In this document: positions 8,851 through 18,179 of the stretch, piece by piece | Layout: every line of letters starts with the position of its first letter | How positions within the stretch are numbered: position 1 is the stretch's first letter | From: a virus | Virus record (IMG/VR): IMGVR_UViG_2695420938_000010 | Location: 1,970-65,969 of that record | DNA: 64,000 bases | Strand: one strand, 5' to 3' | Program-made: the position numbers and the translations under genes | Notes under the pieces: model-generated | What the model saw: only the letters and a program-made list of their open reading frames with translations | Database searches by the model: none | Told to the model about the DNA's origin: nothing

Positions 8851-9473
8851 CGCCGGATCTCCAGGAGCGGGATGGAGGTGATCGAGCCGAGCCGCTCGAG
8901 ATCGAGCGTCACGTCGAGCGCGTCGGTGTCGAAGCGGACGGCCACGTCGAACTCGAAGCCCGCGGTGACGGCGACGCCCGTGGCGGGAGCCGTGTCGAAG
9001 GTCACGACGCCGGTGGTCGTGTCGATGGACCACCCATCCAGTTGCTCCGCGCCGTCAAGCGCGACACGCACCGTGCCGGCGACCGGCTTGGTGATCGTCC
9101 GCACCCATGTCTGGCTGCCCGAGGCATAGCGCTTGACCAGCTGAAACGCCGTTGTCACCCCATCGCCGGTGCCGATCGCCTGGTCGGTCGGTGCAGGCGT
9201 GCCCGACGGCAGGCAGGACTTGTAATCGGCCCAATCCTTGAAGCGGAAGCCGTAGAGCCGCCCGTTGCGCGCCTCGAAGAAGGCGATGACGGCGGCGAGT
9301 TCGTCGGCGCGGCGAATGCCATAGGCCACATCGTAGCGCCGTCGCGAGTTGGCCCAGCTGGCATTCCTCTCCTCGTCGCCGGAGGCGAGCTCGACGATCT
9401 GCGTGCGCCGCTCCGGCCCGCCGCGCGCACCCCGGCTGATGTTGTCGGGAAACCGGACCTCGTGAAACGCCAT
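8847..9473 (-). CDS. DUF2460 / TIGR02217 distal tail protein (RcGTA g12-like)
   Basis: MAFHEVRFPDNISRGARGGPERRT...GFRFKDWADY...AGFEFDVAVRFDTD. Confidence 0.93.
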   Translation of the reverse strand: MAFHEVRFPDNISRGARGGPERRTQIVELASGDEERNASWANSRRRYDVAYGIRRADELAAVIAFFEARNGRLYGFRFKDWADYKSCLPSGTPAPTDQAIGTGDGVTTAFQLVKRYASGSQTWVRTITKPVAGTVRVALDGAEQLDGWSIDTTTGVVTFDTAPATGVAVTAGFEFDVAVRFDTDALDVTLDLERLGSITSIPLLEIRR

Positions 9474-9534
9474 CAAGTTTCTCCATGGATCGTGCTCTGG
9501 CCCCCGCAACCGGTTCCCACTTGCGGGGTCGCAC

Positions 9535-11952
9535 TCATAGGCCCCTCCGCCCGAGCGAGACCGCGCGGGCAATGTCGGCCGCGATCTGCGTGCGCGACCG
9601 GCGGAAGCTTTCGGCATCGCGGGAATTGATGTTGATCGTGACGCCCCCGCCCGCGCCATAAGCCTGCGCCTCGCGGCGCGAGAGCACGCGCTCACCGCGT
9701 TGCAGGATGGCCGGCACCTCGTCAGGACGCAGCCCGGCCCAGCCGCCGGAATGCATCCTTGGCGCGGCGGCGAAGGCCATGGCCGGAACCATGCGCGAGG
9801 GCCCGGCAGAGCCGACCATCCCGCCCGCATGCAGGACGTTGGCAAAAATACCGCCCGCGCCGGAGAACACGCCGGAGAGCGCATTGGCGATCGGCCCGAG
9901 GATGAAGCGCCGCGCCGCCAGCTGGGCGAGATCAGCCAGCAGCGAGGTGACGAGGTCGCGGAAGTTCAGCTTGCCTGTCTTCACGAACTGGCCCACCGCG
10001 TTCTCCGCCGACTGGAAGGCGCCGACGAGGCTCTGGCCGATATCGCCGCCGATGTCGCGGGCCTTGCTGGCATAGTCGGAGAGCGCAGACGTGACCGCCT
10101 GCCAGCCGGTGACGGCAGCCTCAGTCGCGGGCTCCGCTGCCGCAGCTGCAGCCCCTGCAGCCGCACCGGCTCCCGCGGCGGCACGTCTGGCATCGCCGAG
10201 CGCCGTTTCCAGCCGCTCGGCCGCACCGGTGGCCTCGGTCAGCGCATCCGCGCTCGCCCCGTCGGTGCTGCGCACGGCATCGCGCAGGGCCTGCCAGCTT
10301 TCGAGGGGCGCGCGGGCCCCTTCGGCCAGATCGCGCGCCGCGCCGCGATAAAGGTTCGCGGACTCGAGCGCCCTGCTCGCCGCCTCGGTCAGACCGAGAT
10401 CGGGCGCAGTGAGCGGGTTGTCCTCGAAGGCCCGGTCGAACGCCGCCTGCGCAGCTGTCGTGGCGGCATTGGCCGCGCCCTCGAAGCGGTTCTCGATCTC
10501 GCCGAGGTCGAGGTCGGGCACCAGCGAGATGCGGCGCTCCGACCCGAGCGCTTCGAGCCCTTGATTGATGCCGCCGATGAAGCCGTTGATGCGCGAGACC
10601 ACGCCGTTCAGCATCGCCTCGACGCCGTCGACCAGGCTGTTGGCCGCCTGGAACGCCAGATCGCCGATGGCGGCGGGCAGCAGGCCCCAGATCGCCTTGA
10701 TCGCCTCATAGGCGCCCTCGAACGTGTTCGCGGCCGTGTTGCCGAAACCCACCATGCTCTCGATGGCGCTCTGCATGCCCGAGGCGGCGTCGGCCTTCAG
10801 GTCGAAGAACATCGCCGTGGCCGCAGCGCCCGCCGCCGCCGCGCCCATGCGGATCCGCTCCCAGACCTCGACCGCGAGGTCCTTCAGGAGCGACATCGCC
10901 TCGCCGAAACCGCCTGCGCCGGAGACGAGACGGGTGAACTGGTAGACGAGTTCGCCCGCGCCCACGATCAGCGCCCCGATGCCGGTCCGGATCAGCGCCC
11001 CGCGCAGCACGACGAGCGCGGTTGCGAACCCACGGACCGAGAACGCGGCAGCTGCCAGCCCGGCGACCCAGCGACCGGCGAGGAAAGCTGCAAAGGTCGC
11101 GGCATAGGTGGTCAGGCGGCCGATGTTGTCGAAGAGCCCGCGGATCGCGATGCCCAGCGGCCCGGTGCGGCTTGCAACAGACGCCATCGCATCTGCGACC
11201 GCTTCCAGTGCGGGTGCCGCAGCGACGGCCAGCTGGTTCGAGAGACCGCGCCAGATGAGGCCGAGGCGCGAGATCGCGTCGTTGGTCCGCTCGATCTGGT
11301 CGGCGTCCTGCTCCGACACGACGACGCCGAAGGCAAGAACGTCCTCCGTCGCCTGGCGCAGCGTCGCGGTGTCGATCCGCGACATGGCGATGGAGCCTTC
11401 CTCGCCGAAAAGCTGGCCTGCGACAGCCGCGCGTTCGGCGGCAGGCACGAAGCTCTCGATGGCGGCGTTGATCGCGCCGACGCGCTGGTCCAGCGGCAGG
11501 GCGATCAGGTCGGTGGCGGAAAGCCCCAGCCGGTCGAGCGCGTCGGCGGCCGGTCCGGTCCCGGCGGCCGCCTGGCTGAGACGGCGGGTCAGATCCTTGG
11601 TGGCCTGTTCGATCCCGGACATGGAAACACCCGCCAGTTCGCCCGCGCGCTCGAGCGTCTGGATCGAGGCGACCGTAGTGCCGAGCGACTGCGCGAGCTT
11701 CGCCTGCGCATCGACGGTCTGGAGTCCGGAGCGCACCATGGCCACCCCGGCGGCGGTGGCAGCGGCGACGGCGGCCGCGGCGGCCACGCGAACCCGGCGC
11801 GAGAAGGCCGCGAGCCGGGCATTAGCCGCCTCCATCTCGCGGCTGAGCCGTCCGAAGCCGCGCGACCCGGCCTCGCCCACGCCTTCCAACTCGGCGCGCA
11901 CCTGCCGTCCGCCCACGGCCGCGAGGCGGACGCTAACCCGTTTTTCCGCCAT
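9535..11952 (-). CDS. Tail tape measure protein
   Basis: 805 aa, Ala/Gly-rich; MAEKRVSVRL start; C-terminal HSGGWAGLRPDEVPAILQRGERVL; follows the tail chaperones. Confidence 0.92.
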   Translation of the reverse strand: MAEKRVSVRLAAVGGRQVRAELEGVGEAGSRGFGRLSREMEAANARLAAFSRRVRVAAAAAVAAATAAGVAMVRSGLQTVDAQAKLAQSLGTTVASIQTLERAGELAGVSMSGIEQATKDLTRRLSQAAAGTGPAADALDRLGLSATDLIALPLDQRVGAINAAIESFVPAAERAAVAGQLFGEEGSIAMSRIDTATLRQATEDVLAFGVVVSEQDADQIERTNDAISRLGLIWRGLSNQLAVAAAPALEAVADAMASVASRTGPLGIAIRGLFDNIGRLTTYAATFAAFLAGRWVAGLAAAAFSVRGFATALVVLRGALIRTGIGALIVGAGELVYQFTRLVSGAGGFGEAMSLLKDLAVEVWERIRMGAAAAGAAATAMFFDLKADAASGMQSAIESMVGFGNTAANTFEGAYEAIKAIWGLLPAAIGDLAFQAANSLVDGVEAMLNGVVSRINGFIGGINQGLEALGSERRISLVPDLDLGEIENRFEGAANAATTAAQAAFDRAFEDNPLTAPDLGLTEAASRALESANLYRGAARDLAEGARAPLESWQALRDAVRSTDGASADALTEATGAAERLETALGDARRAAAGAGAAAGAAAAAAEPATEAAVTGWQAVTSALSDYASKARDIGGDIGQSLVGAFQSAENAVGQFVKTGKLNFRDLVTSLLADLAQLAARRFILGPIANALSGVFSGAGGIFANVLHAGGMVGSAGPSRMVPAMAFAAAPRMHSGGWAGLRPDEVPAILQRGERVLSRREAQAYGAGGGVTININSRDAESFRRSRTQIAADIARAVSLGRRGL

Positions 11953-12265
11953 GAGAGTGATCCATCTGTTCGTTGAGTTTGGCGACCATCACCGCTTCGA
12001 TGACGGGCAGCAGTTCGGCCATGGCGAGCGGCGGCACGCCGAGGGCGTCACCGAGCGCTAGTGCCGCCGACATGTCCCAGCCGATCACCGCACCGGGCAG
12101 GACGCGCAGTTGGCCGCCGAGACGGCCGACCAGGTCCCAGACCTGCCAACCCTCCGGTGTTTCCGGACGGTTCAGCCGCGCCGGGCAGTCCGGGCAGGCT
12201 TTCGCGCAGGCTTCGCAGTATCGGTCGCCCCCGCCGAAGGACCATTCGGCGAGGGCGCGGAGGCG
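11933..12265 (-). CDS. Tail assembly chaperone gpT-like segment (reached by -1 frameshift from gpG)
   Basis: The -1 frame after A-AAA-AAC reads KRLRALAEW...CEACAKACPDCP...WQVWDLVGRLGGQLR; it has no good start codon of its own and sits directly before the tape measure. Confidence 0.8.
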   Translation of the reverse strand, partial: RLRALAEWSFGGGDRYCEACAKACPDCPARLNRPETPEGWQVWDLVGRLGGQLRVLPGAVIGWDMSAALALGDALGVPPLAMAELLPVIEAVMVAKLNEQMDHSHGGKTG

Positions 12266-12609
12266 TTTTTTTCCTGTTCCAGCAGCAGGCCCTTCGAGAC
12301 ATAGGTCAGCTGGAACGCCTCGAAGATCGGCCAGACATCGAGAAGCGCGTCGATGGCCTCGGGGCTTGGCTCGATAGGTTTGCCGTCCGCGTCGCCGATG
12401 CCGTCCCAGGCGAGCACCGCCCGGCGCGCCAGCGCCTTGGCGAAGGCAACGGCGCGTTCCTCGTCGGAGGCGTCCTCGGGCACGGCTTCCACGGCCGGAT
12501 CGCTGCGCGTCGCCACCATCAGCGCGGTGGTCAGCGGGCGCATCTGCACCCTCACGCCGGGCGAAAGCTCGTGCCAGCGCGGCGCGTTCGTCAGATCGAG
12601 CGTCAGCAT
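12172..12609 (-). CDS. Tail assembly chaperone gpG-like
   Basis: MLTLDLTNAPRW start overlaps the tail-tube stop (TGATG); lies between tail tube and tape measure; has a slippery heptamer near its 3' end. Confidence 0.85.
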   Translation of the reverse strand: MLTLDLTNAPRWHELSPGVRVQMRPLTTALMVATRSDPAVEAVPEDASDEERAVAFAKALARRAVLAWDGIGDADGKPIEPSPEAIDALLDVWPIFEAFQLTYVSKGLLLEQEKNASAPSPNGPSAGATDTAKPARKPARTARRG

Positions 12610-13553
12610 CAATAAGTCTCCACATCGTTCACGAGGGTGGCGGTGCACATCCGGCCGACCACGCTGTCGCGCGCGGCCTGCCAGTCGAAGGTGGCCTGCA
12701 CGCCCTGCGGCCCGGAAATCTCGATGCGCGGGCGCGGCAGGTAGACGGCGTGCACGGTGAAGGTGAAGCTCTCGCCCGAGGGCAGCACGTAGGCGAACTC
12801 CATCTCGCAGGCCTCGCCGTTGATGGCCTGCGTGACCAGCGTCTGGTCGGCGAAGCGGACCTCGATCCGGCCGGTCAGCGCGGCGATGGAGGGGTCCGCA
12901 CCGTCGATCCTGCCATCACTCCGGATCGTCTCGATCCGGTCGAGGTTGTTGGCATAGGTGATCTCGGCCGAGACCACGTTGCCGAGGGCGGAGCCATTCC
13001 GCGTGATCGACCCGTTGAAATGGCCGAAGCGCTTCAGTTCCAGCGCGGCGGGTGTCCCGGCGCTGGTGGTCGTGCCCACCGTCTCGCCCTGCGCGACCAG
13101 TCGCGCAGTTGCCGTCAGCAGGCCGGAGCGCTGCATCTGCCAGGTGATCTGGTCGAGCACGCAGCCGGAATACATCGCATAGCGCGGCACCTCCGGCATG
13201 CCGGTTTCGATCGACATGCTGGGCAGCGTCCACGACCCCGACTGGAACTCGTGCGTGAACGGCCCCGGAGCCGTGCCTGTCGTTGCAGGTGGCCCGAACG
13301 CGGCTTTCAGCCAGAATCCGAAGGCCCCGGCGTCGAGCGGCACGACGACGTCGCCATCGGCGGTCACCGCGTCCCTCACCGGGGCCAGCGGATCGCGGCC
13401 ATAGCCGAGAAGCTCCGAGTTGAGCAGCGGCTGCTCCGCGCCGAGCGAGGTGCTGGCGAAGGGCATGCGGGTGAAGCCGCTCACGGGCGGCGTTCCATAG
13501 GTCGTCTCGAACGCAAGCGCCATCTGCGCCCGCGCCCCCTGGGCTCGTGCCAT
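12609..13553 (-). CDS. Major tail tube protein
   Basis: MARAQGARAQMALAFETTYG...LPSMSIETGMPEVP...PRPRIEISGPQGVQATFDWQA; position in the tail operon. Confidence 0.88.
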   Translation of the reverse strand: MARAQGARAQMALAFETTYGTPPVSGFTRMPFASTSLGAEQPLLNSELLGYGRDPLAPVRDAVTADGDVVVPLDAGAFGFWLKAAFGPPATTGTAPGPFTHEFQSGSWTLPSMSIETGMPEVPRYAMYSGCVLDQITWQMQRSGLLTATARLVAQGETVGTTTSAGTPAALELKRFGHFNGSITRNGSALGNVVSAEITYANNLDRIETIRSDGRIDGADPSIAALTGRIEVRFADQTLVTQAINGEACEMEFAYVLPSGESFTFTVHAVYLPRPRIEISGPQGVQATFDWQAARDSVVGRMCTATLVNDVETY

Positions 13554-13577
13554 GGTGTTCTCCTGGGGTTGTCGGGG

Positions 13578-13997
13578 TCAGGCCAGCGGATCGGCCGTGG
13601 AATAATGCAGGACCACCGGGATCACGGCGGCTTTCAGGCTCGCCGCGCCCTCGATGGGCAAATCGACTGGCCTCGGCGCTTCCGCCTCCACCCAGTCGCA
13701 GAGCCCGCCAAGAGTGCGATCGGTGGCGAGCGCCGCGCCGATGCTGGCGGTCAACGTGTCGAAGGCGGCGTCACGGTCGGCACCCTGCACGACCGCCTCG
13801 ATCTCGGCGCGGTGCTGGTAGTGGTAGGCGAGCGGCGACAGCGTCACCTCCGGCTCCCCCGGAACCCCATCGCGCAGGATCAGCAGCCCCTCGGCCGGAA
13901 CGCGCTCGGGCAGCACCTCGCCGCGGAGCGCAGTGGCGGGCAGCGCCGAGAGCCGCGCATGCAGCGCGGTGAGGATGGTTTCGCGAGGGGTTGGCAT
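13578..13997 (-). CDS. Tail terminator / completion protein
   Basis: 139 aa; MPTPRETILTAL...DRTLGGLCDW...VVLHY; located between neck and tail tube genes. Confidence 0.75.
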   Translation of the reverse strand: MPTPRETILTALHARLSALPATALRGEVLPERVPAEGLLILRDGVPGEPEVTLSPLAYHYQHRAEIEAVVQGADRDAAFDTLTASIGAALATDRTLGGLCDWVEAEAPRPVDLPIEGAASLKAAVIPVVLHYSTADPLA

Positions 13998-14071
13998 GGC
14001 ATATTTCTCGAGGCAGAGCGCTCAGCGCCAGTTCCGCAGATAGGCGACCGGAAACCAGAGCGAGCGCAGGA

Positions 14072-14680
14072 TCAATCGCTTTCGACAGCCTCGGGAAAAT
14101 CCGTGGCGGAGCATCGGATGCCGTCAGCTCGCGTATAGAGCATGCTTCCCTCCACGCCCGCGAGGATGTCGCCATCCACCTCGAACTCGGGGAACTGACG
14201 CAGGAACGGCGTTGCACCGCAGCCCGGTACGGCGCATTCCGGCCGGGACTTCGGGCAACGATTGAAGTTACAGAGCCTGCCGAGATAGGCGTCGCTGCCC
14301 GGCTCGAACAGAAACACGTCGACCTGATGGTCTGCCACGCCGAAATCCTGTTGACGTTCGTGCTCGGCCCTCAGCGCCGCCGCCTTCGCGCGCCTCAACT
14401 CGCCGAGGACGGTCAGGTCGTCGAGCCACAGAGCGAGGTCGAGATCCTTGCACTCGTGCCAGAGTGGAATGCCACGGCGACGATACGGGGCGAAACGCGG
14501 CACCTCCTTCCACAGGGGCTTGGCAACCGATCCGATGACCGCGATCGCGACAACCTGCGGGAAGCTGCACCAGGCATTCGTGATCGCGTCCGCCGCACGC
14601 CGGAAGTGCCGTTGCGTCCGTAACAGATGGGCGTTGTCCTGTTTCAGTCGGTCGGTTGATGGCATTGCATAGCTCGGCAT
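14072..14680 (-). CDS. Moron gene: putative Pol-beta-superfamily nucleotidyltransferase with Cys-rich C-terminus
   Basis: hGS motif (AVIGSVA), DxD (KDLDLALW), a third acidic strand (HQVDVFLF), and four Cys in CNFNRC...ECAVPGC. Start codon uncertain (14725/14680/14665). Confidence 0.6.
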   Translation of the reverse strand: MPSYAMPSTDRLKQDNAHLLRTQRHFRRAADAITNAWCSFPQVVAIAVIGSVAKPLWKEVPRFAPYRRRGIPLWHECKDLDLALWLDDLTVLGELRRAKAAALRAEHERQQDFGVADHQVDVFLFEPGSDAYLGRLCNFNRCPKSRPECAVPGCGATPFLRQFPEFEVDGDILAGVEGSMLYTRADGIRCSATDFPEAVESD

Positions 14681-14741
14681 GGTTCGGCGCCCAGTCTGAC
14701 CTTGTCCGGCTGCCGGCGCCAGCACGTTTGCTTTCAGGATC

Positions 14742-15374
14742 TCATCGAAGACGCCCCGCTATCCAGTTGGCCACGATCAACCCCGGCACGCTTTCCAACG
14801 CCCGGTCTGCATCCCGCGCGAGGTCCAGCCGCTTCGGCAACTTGACCTGCGGCACCAGCATGAAGATCGGCACCGTTGTGCGCCCACGGCCCGTCTTGGA
14901 GCGCGAAGCAACCCCGAGACCCCGACTGTTCAGTCGTCCCTCCGCGACAAGCAGGCTCGGGCCGCGGCGTCGGTAGACGAAGCGGAGGCGCAACCCACGG
15001 CGCCGCTCCCATTCGCCCGGGGTGATCCTGCCGCCGCGCATGCCCCGCCCGGCGGCTTCGGTCGGGATCGCCAGCCAGAACCCGTCCTTCGAGCGGATCA
15101 GCGGGCCGGTGTCGTGGGCGCCGACGATGACCGGGGCCTTCGACCAGACCAGAGCCGCGGCGTTCAGGCTCTCGCCGGCCTTCGGGTAGGTCTGGCTGCG
15201 GATCGAGTTCGCCAGCCGCCGTCCGAGCCCTGCGCCGGTGATCTGACCCCGCCAGGCGGTCTTGAGCCCGGTGCCGGCCTCGCGCATGGCGGCAGTCACG
15301 GCCTTTTCGCCGGCCTTCACCTCGGCGGCCATGGCGGCGACGAGATCGGGGGTGATGTCGAGCTTCAGCTTCAT
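14742..15374 (-). CDS. Neck / tail-completion protein (DUF6441, HK97 gp10-like position)
   Basis: Basic 210-aa protein with LKTAWRGQITGAGLGRRLANSIR...SKDGFWLAIPT...LVPQVKLPKRLDL. Confidence 0.75.
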   Translation of the reverse strand: MKLKLDITPDLVAAMAAEVKAGEKAVTAAMREAGTGLKTAWRGQITGAGLGRRLANSIRSQTYPKAGESLNAAALVWSKAPVIVGAHDTGPLIRSKDGFWLAIPTEAAGRGMRGGRITPGEWERRRGLRLRFVYRRRGPSLLVAEGRLNSRGLGVASRSKTGRGRTTVPIFMLVPQVKLPKRLDLARDADRALESVPGLIVANWIAGRLR

Positions 15375-15379
15375 CGCGA

Positions 15380-15691
15380 TCAGGCGGGGCGCAGGTCCAC
15401 GGTCCAGACCAGCCGCTCGCGGTCACGGACAGGCTCGCCCTGGATGAGGAAGGCCTCGCCGTCGATCTCGATGCGATCGCCGGGGCGCGGGTTTGCGACC
15501 TCGGACACGCGCAAATCCAGTCGGGTGGTTTCCGACCAGATCCGCCCGTCGCCGAAGCCGGTGACATCGTCCGGCCGGCGCAGGATTGCGCGCACGAGCG
15601 ACGGCGCCCCGCCCTCGGCGGTGTAGACCACGTCGCGCGCAAGATGCGCGTCGGCGAAGAGCGCGTCGAGAGCGGCAGCGAAGGCGGTCAT
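15380..15691 (-). CDS. Head-tail joining (stopper) protein
   Basis: MTAFAAALDALF...PRPGDRIEIDGEAFLIQGEPVRDRERLVW; start overlaps the upstream stop. Confidence 0.8.
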   Translation of the reverse strand: MTAFAAALDALFADAHLARDVVYTAEGGAPSLVRAILRRPDDVTGFGDGRIWSETTRLDLRVSEVANPRPGDRIEIDGEAFLIQGEPVRDRERLVWTVDLRPA

Positions 15692-16026
15692 CAGAACGCG
15701 CCGTTCAGCCGCACCCGGCCGATTGTGTCGCCTGCCCCGCCGGCGACCGCCTCGACCGCCACACCGATGAGCGTGTTGTCGGTGGCAACCGTGGTGCAGC
15801 GCTTGTTGGTGTCGTCCCAGTAGACCTTGTCGCCGACGGCCCATGCCTGGCTGCCGACCTTGGTGATGTCGAAGACGCCGACGAGCGCGGTCTCGATGGG
15901 ATCGCCGAGGGCGGCGTCCCCGGCGGCGATGCCGAAGATGGAGCCGACGAGCAGGCCATCGCCGGAGGCGACGGCATAGGGCGCGGTCAGGGTGATGGTG
16001 TTGCCGGGCTGGACGTAGGTTTTCAT
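15691..16026 (-). CDS. DUF2190 capsid decoration/cement protein
   Basis: MKTYVQPGNTITLTAP...VASGDGLLVGSIFGIA...GVF...GDKVYWD...NTLIGVA; follows the capsid gene. Confidence 0.88.
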   Translation of the reverse strand: MKTYVQPGNTITLTAPYAVASGDGLLVGSIFGIAAGDAALGDPIETALVGVFDITKVGSQAWAVGDKVYWDDTNKRCTTVATDNTLIGVAVEAVAGGAGDTIGRVRLNGAF

Positions 16027-16102
16027 GACGGGGTTCCTTTGGAAAGACGAAGGGCGGCCCGTCTGGACCGCCCGCGTGTCAGGGTTCAGCATTGGGTGCA
16101 GG

Positions 16103-18166
16103 TTACGCCCCAGGATTTTTGTAGAGGCCGCGCCAGTCGATGGCCTTGGCGCCGAAGTCGAGGCGGCACTTGATCTCGACGCCGTCGACGTCGAAACCGT
16201 TGCGGGTCTCGATATAGGCGCCCTGCTGGCCCTCGAGATAGGCGTATTCGATGGTGTCGATCTGGTTCGGCGAGGCCGCCAGGTACCAGGCCTTGTCGCT
16301 CGCCGCATCCAGCCGCGGCTCGGCAATCGGCGTGAGCGTGCGGATCGATTGCGGCACCACGTTGCCGCTCTGGGCGGGCACGAGGTTCTGGGCCACCAGC
16401 TGCTCGGCCTTCAGTTCCAGCGCCGCCGGGACGATCAGGAAGGCGGGCCGGATGTTCAGCACCGTCTTCTTGTCGAGCCCGGTCTGCTTGCGCATTGCCG
16501 CGCGCGCCGCGCCCACGCTGTCGACCCCGAGCGCCGTGCCGCTGCCGGCGAGGTTCTTGTGGGTCGAATGGAACAGCGCCGTGCCATCCGCCATGGCAGG
16601 GTTCGACGTCACGATGTCCCAGACCACGTCCGACTCCAGCTGGGCGATGGAGTTGCCGTACATCGCCGGGATCCGGGTGAAGGCGTCGAGGTCGTCGTTG
16701 ATCAGCACCTGCCGGGTGATCGCGACGACGCGGCCGTAGGTCTCGATGCGGTAGCTCTCCTTGCTCTCGCCGAGCGTGCCGCGCTTGAACTCGCCGCTCT
16801 CGCCGACCTTGAGGAGCTGCGGCGCTTCGCCCAGCTGGACGCGGTGCATCGCCTTGAAGTCGGTGGCCAGCACCTGCCGGCAGAAGAGCGGGAAGGTCCG
16901 CGGATAGGCCTCGTAGGCCTGGCGCAGCGTCTTGTTGGTGACGGCTGCGAGGATCTCGGGGAAGTCCGAGGTCGAATGCAGCGCCCGCGTCGCCACCTCG
17001 TCGCGGGAGAGGCCGCGGGTGCTGACGCCCGCCGTCTCGAGGCTTTCGCGGGCGAGTTCCATCAGTGTCATGCCGCGATACTCGCGAGCCGCGTCCTCCA
17101 GCGGGAACAGCGTCGGGCTGTAGCGGTGCAGCAGCGCGTTCGAGATCGCCTCGCGCCGCGTGACCGTGGCGTCGCGCCCGCCGAGCGGGATCGAGACATG
17201 GGGAAAGGTCCGCGTCTCGTCGGCCTTGGCCGCAACCTGGTCGAGGATCAGCCGGCGCGCTTCGTCGATGGAGACGCCGCGCTTGATCAGGTCGTCGGCA
17301 AAGCCGCGCTCGAGCTGGAGCTTGTCGGCGAGGCCATGGATCGTGGAGACGCGCTCGCGCTCCTGCGCGCGGGCCTCGCTGACCAGAGCGTCGGTGTCAG
17401 CGCTGCGGCTGCGGTCCGCCGGCGCCGGGTCGGCCGCGGGCTTCGTCGCCTTGGGCCTGGTGTCGGCGGCGCGGGTCTGCGTGTCGGCAGCGCCGGTCTT
17501 GTCGTCGGTCATGCTCGTCTCCTCGGGCACTGCGGTGTCACTCGTCTGTTCGGCCGTCTCGGCCGTGGTCGCGGTCCTGTCGGTCATCGGGGATGCTCCT
17601 TCGCTGGTGGGGGCGTCCCGGCGGTGGAGGACGCATGTCTGGTGTTCGCGGTGCGCACGGAAGCCGGCGGCGGGATCGGCGCCGACCGGCACGGCGGAGA
17701 TCTCGAAGGGCGTCCAGTCCACCGCCCGCCAGAGTTCGCGCTGGCCGTCAGGCTTCGAGATCTCGAAGCGGTGGACCTGGTAGCCGATGGAGACCGCGCG
17801 GATGTGCCCGGCCTCGATGTCGCGCCAGATGTCGCCGACGGCGTCGCGCTCCGAGAGGCGGATGCGGGCGATGCCTTGTCCGTTCTCGATCCGGGCCGAG
17901 CCTGGGACGACCGAGCCGATCACCGCGTCGAGATCGTGCGCCTCGTGCACCTTCAGGAATGGCGCGCCCGCGTTCAGCCGCTCGAGCCGCACATGCTCGG
18001 GCGCCATGCTGAGTTCCTCGTCATGCGGCTCGCCGAAGAGCGCGGCGCGCCGCACGCGGGCGCCGGTCGACCAGATCACCTCGACGCTGCGGGTCTCCGG
18101 GTCGATGCTGGCAGGCCGCAGCTCCGCCGACCGGCGGAACGCCGGCAGTTCGATCGTCTGCTCCAT
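16103..18166 (-). CDS. Prohead protease-major capsid protein fusion
   Basis: Protease part: RSVEVIWSTGA...AVSIGYQV...WTPFEISAVPVGAD. Capsid part: STSDFPEIL...ETYGRVVAITRQVLINDDL...DFGAKAIDWRGLYKN. Confidence 0.92.
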   Translation of the reverse strand: MEQTIELPAFRRSAELRPASIDPETRSVEVIWSTGARVRRAALFGEPHDEELSMAPEHVRLERLNAGAPFLKVHEAHDLDAVIGSVVPGSARIENGQGIARIRLSERDAVGDIWRDIEAGHIRAVSIGYQVHRFEISKPDGQRELWRAVDWTPFEISAVPVGADPAAGFRAHREHQTCVLHRRDAPTSEGASPMTDRTATTAETAEQTSDTAVPEETSMTDDKTGAADTQTRAADTRPKATKPAADPAPADRSRSADTDALVSEARAQERERVSTIHGLADKLQLERGFADDLIKRGVSIDEARRLILDQVAAKADETRTFPHVSIPLGGRDATVTRREAISNALLHRYSPTLFPLEDAAREYRGMTLMELARESLETAGVSTRGLSRDEVATRALHSTSDFPEILAAVTNKTLRQAYEAYPRTFPLFCRQVLATDFKAMHRVQLGEAPQLLKVGESGEFKRGTLGESKESYRIETYGRVVAITRQVLINDDLDAFTRIPAMYGNSIAQLESDVVWDIVTSNPAMADGTALFHSTHKNLAGSGTALGVDSVGAARAAMRKQTGLDKKTVLNIRPAFLIVPAALELKAEQLVAQNLVPAQSGNVVPQSIRTLTPIAEPRLDAASDKAWYLAASPNQIDTIEYAYLEGQQGAYIETRNGFDVDGVEIKCRLDFGAKAIDWRGLYKNPGA

Positions 18167-18179
18167 GAATGAATCCTCG

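Noticed and set aside
664-16026. A chromosomal gene transfer agent (RcGTA) cluster
   Set aside because: Only the tail-tip genes are GTA-like. The head module is lambda-type, and replication, methylase, lysis and repressor genes are attached, which marks a prophage.
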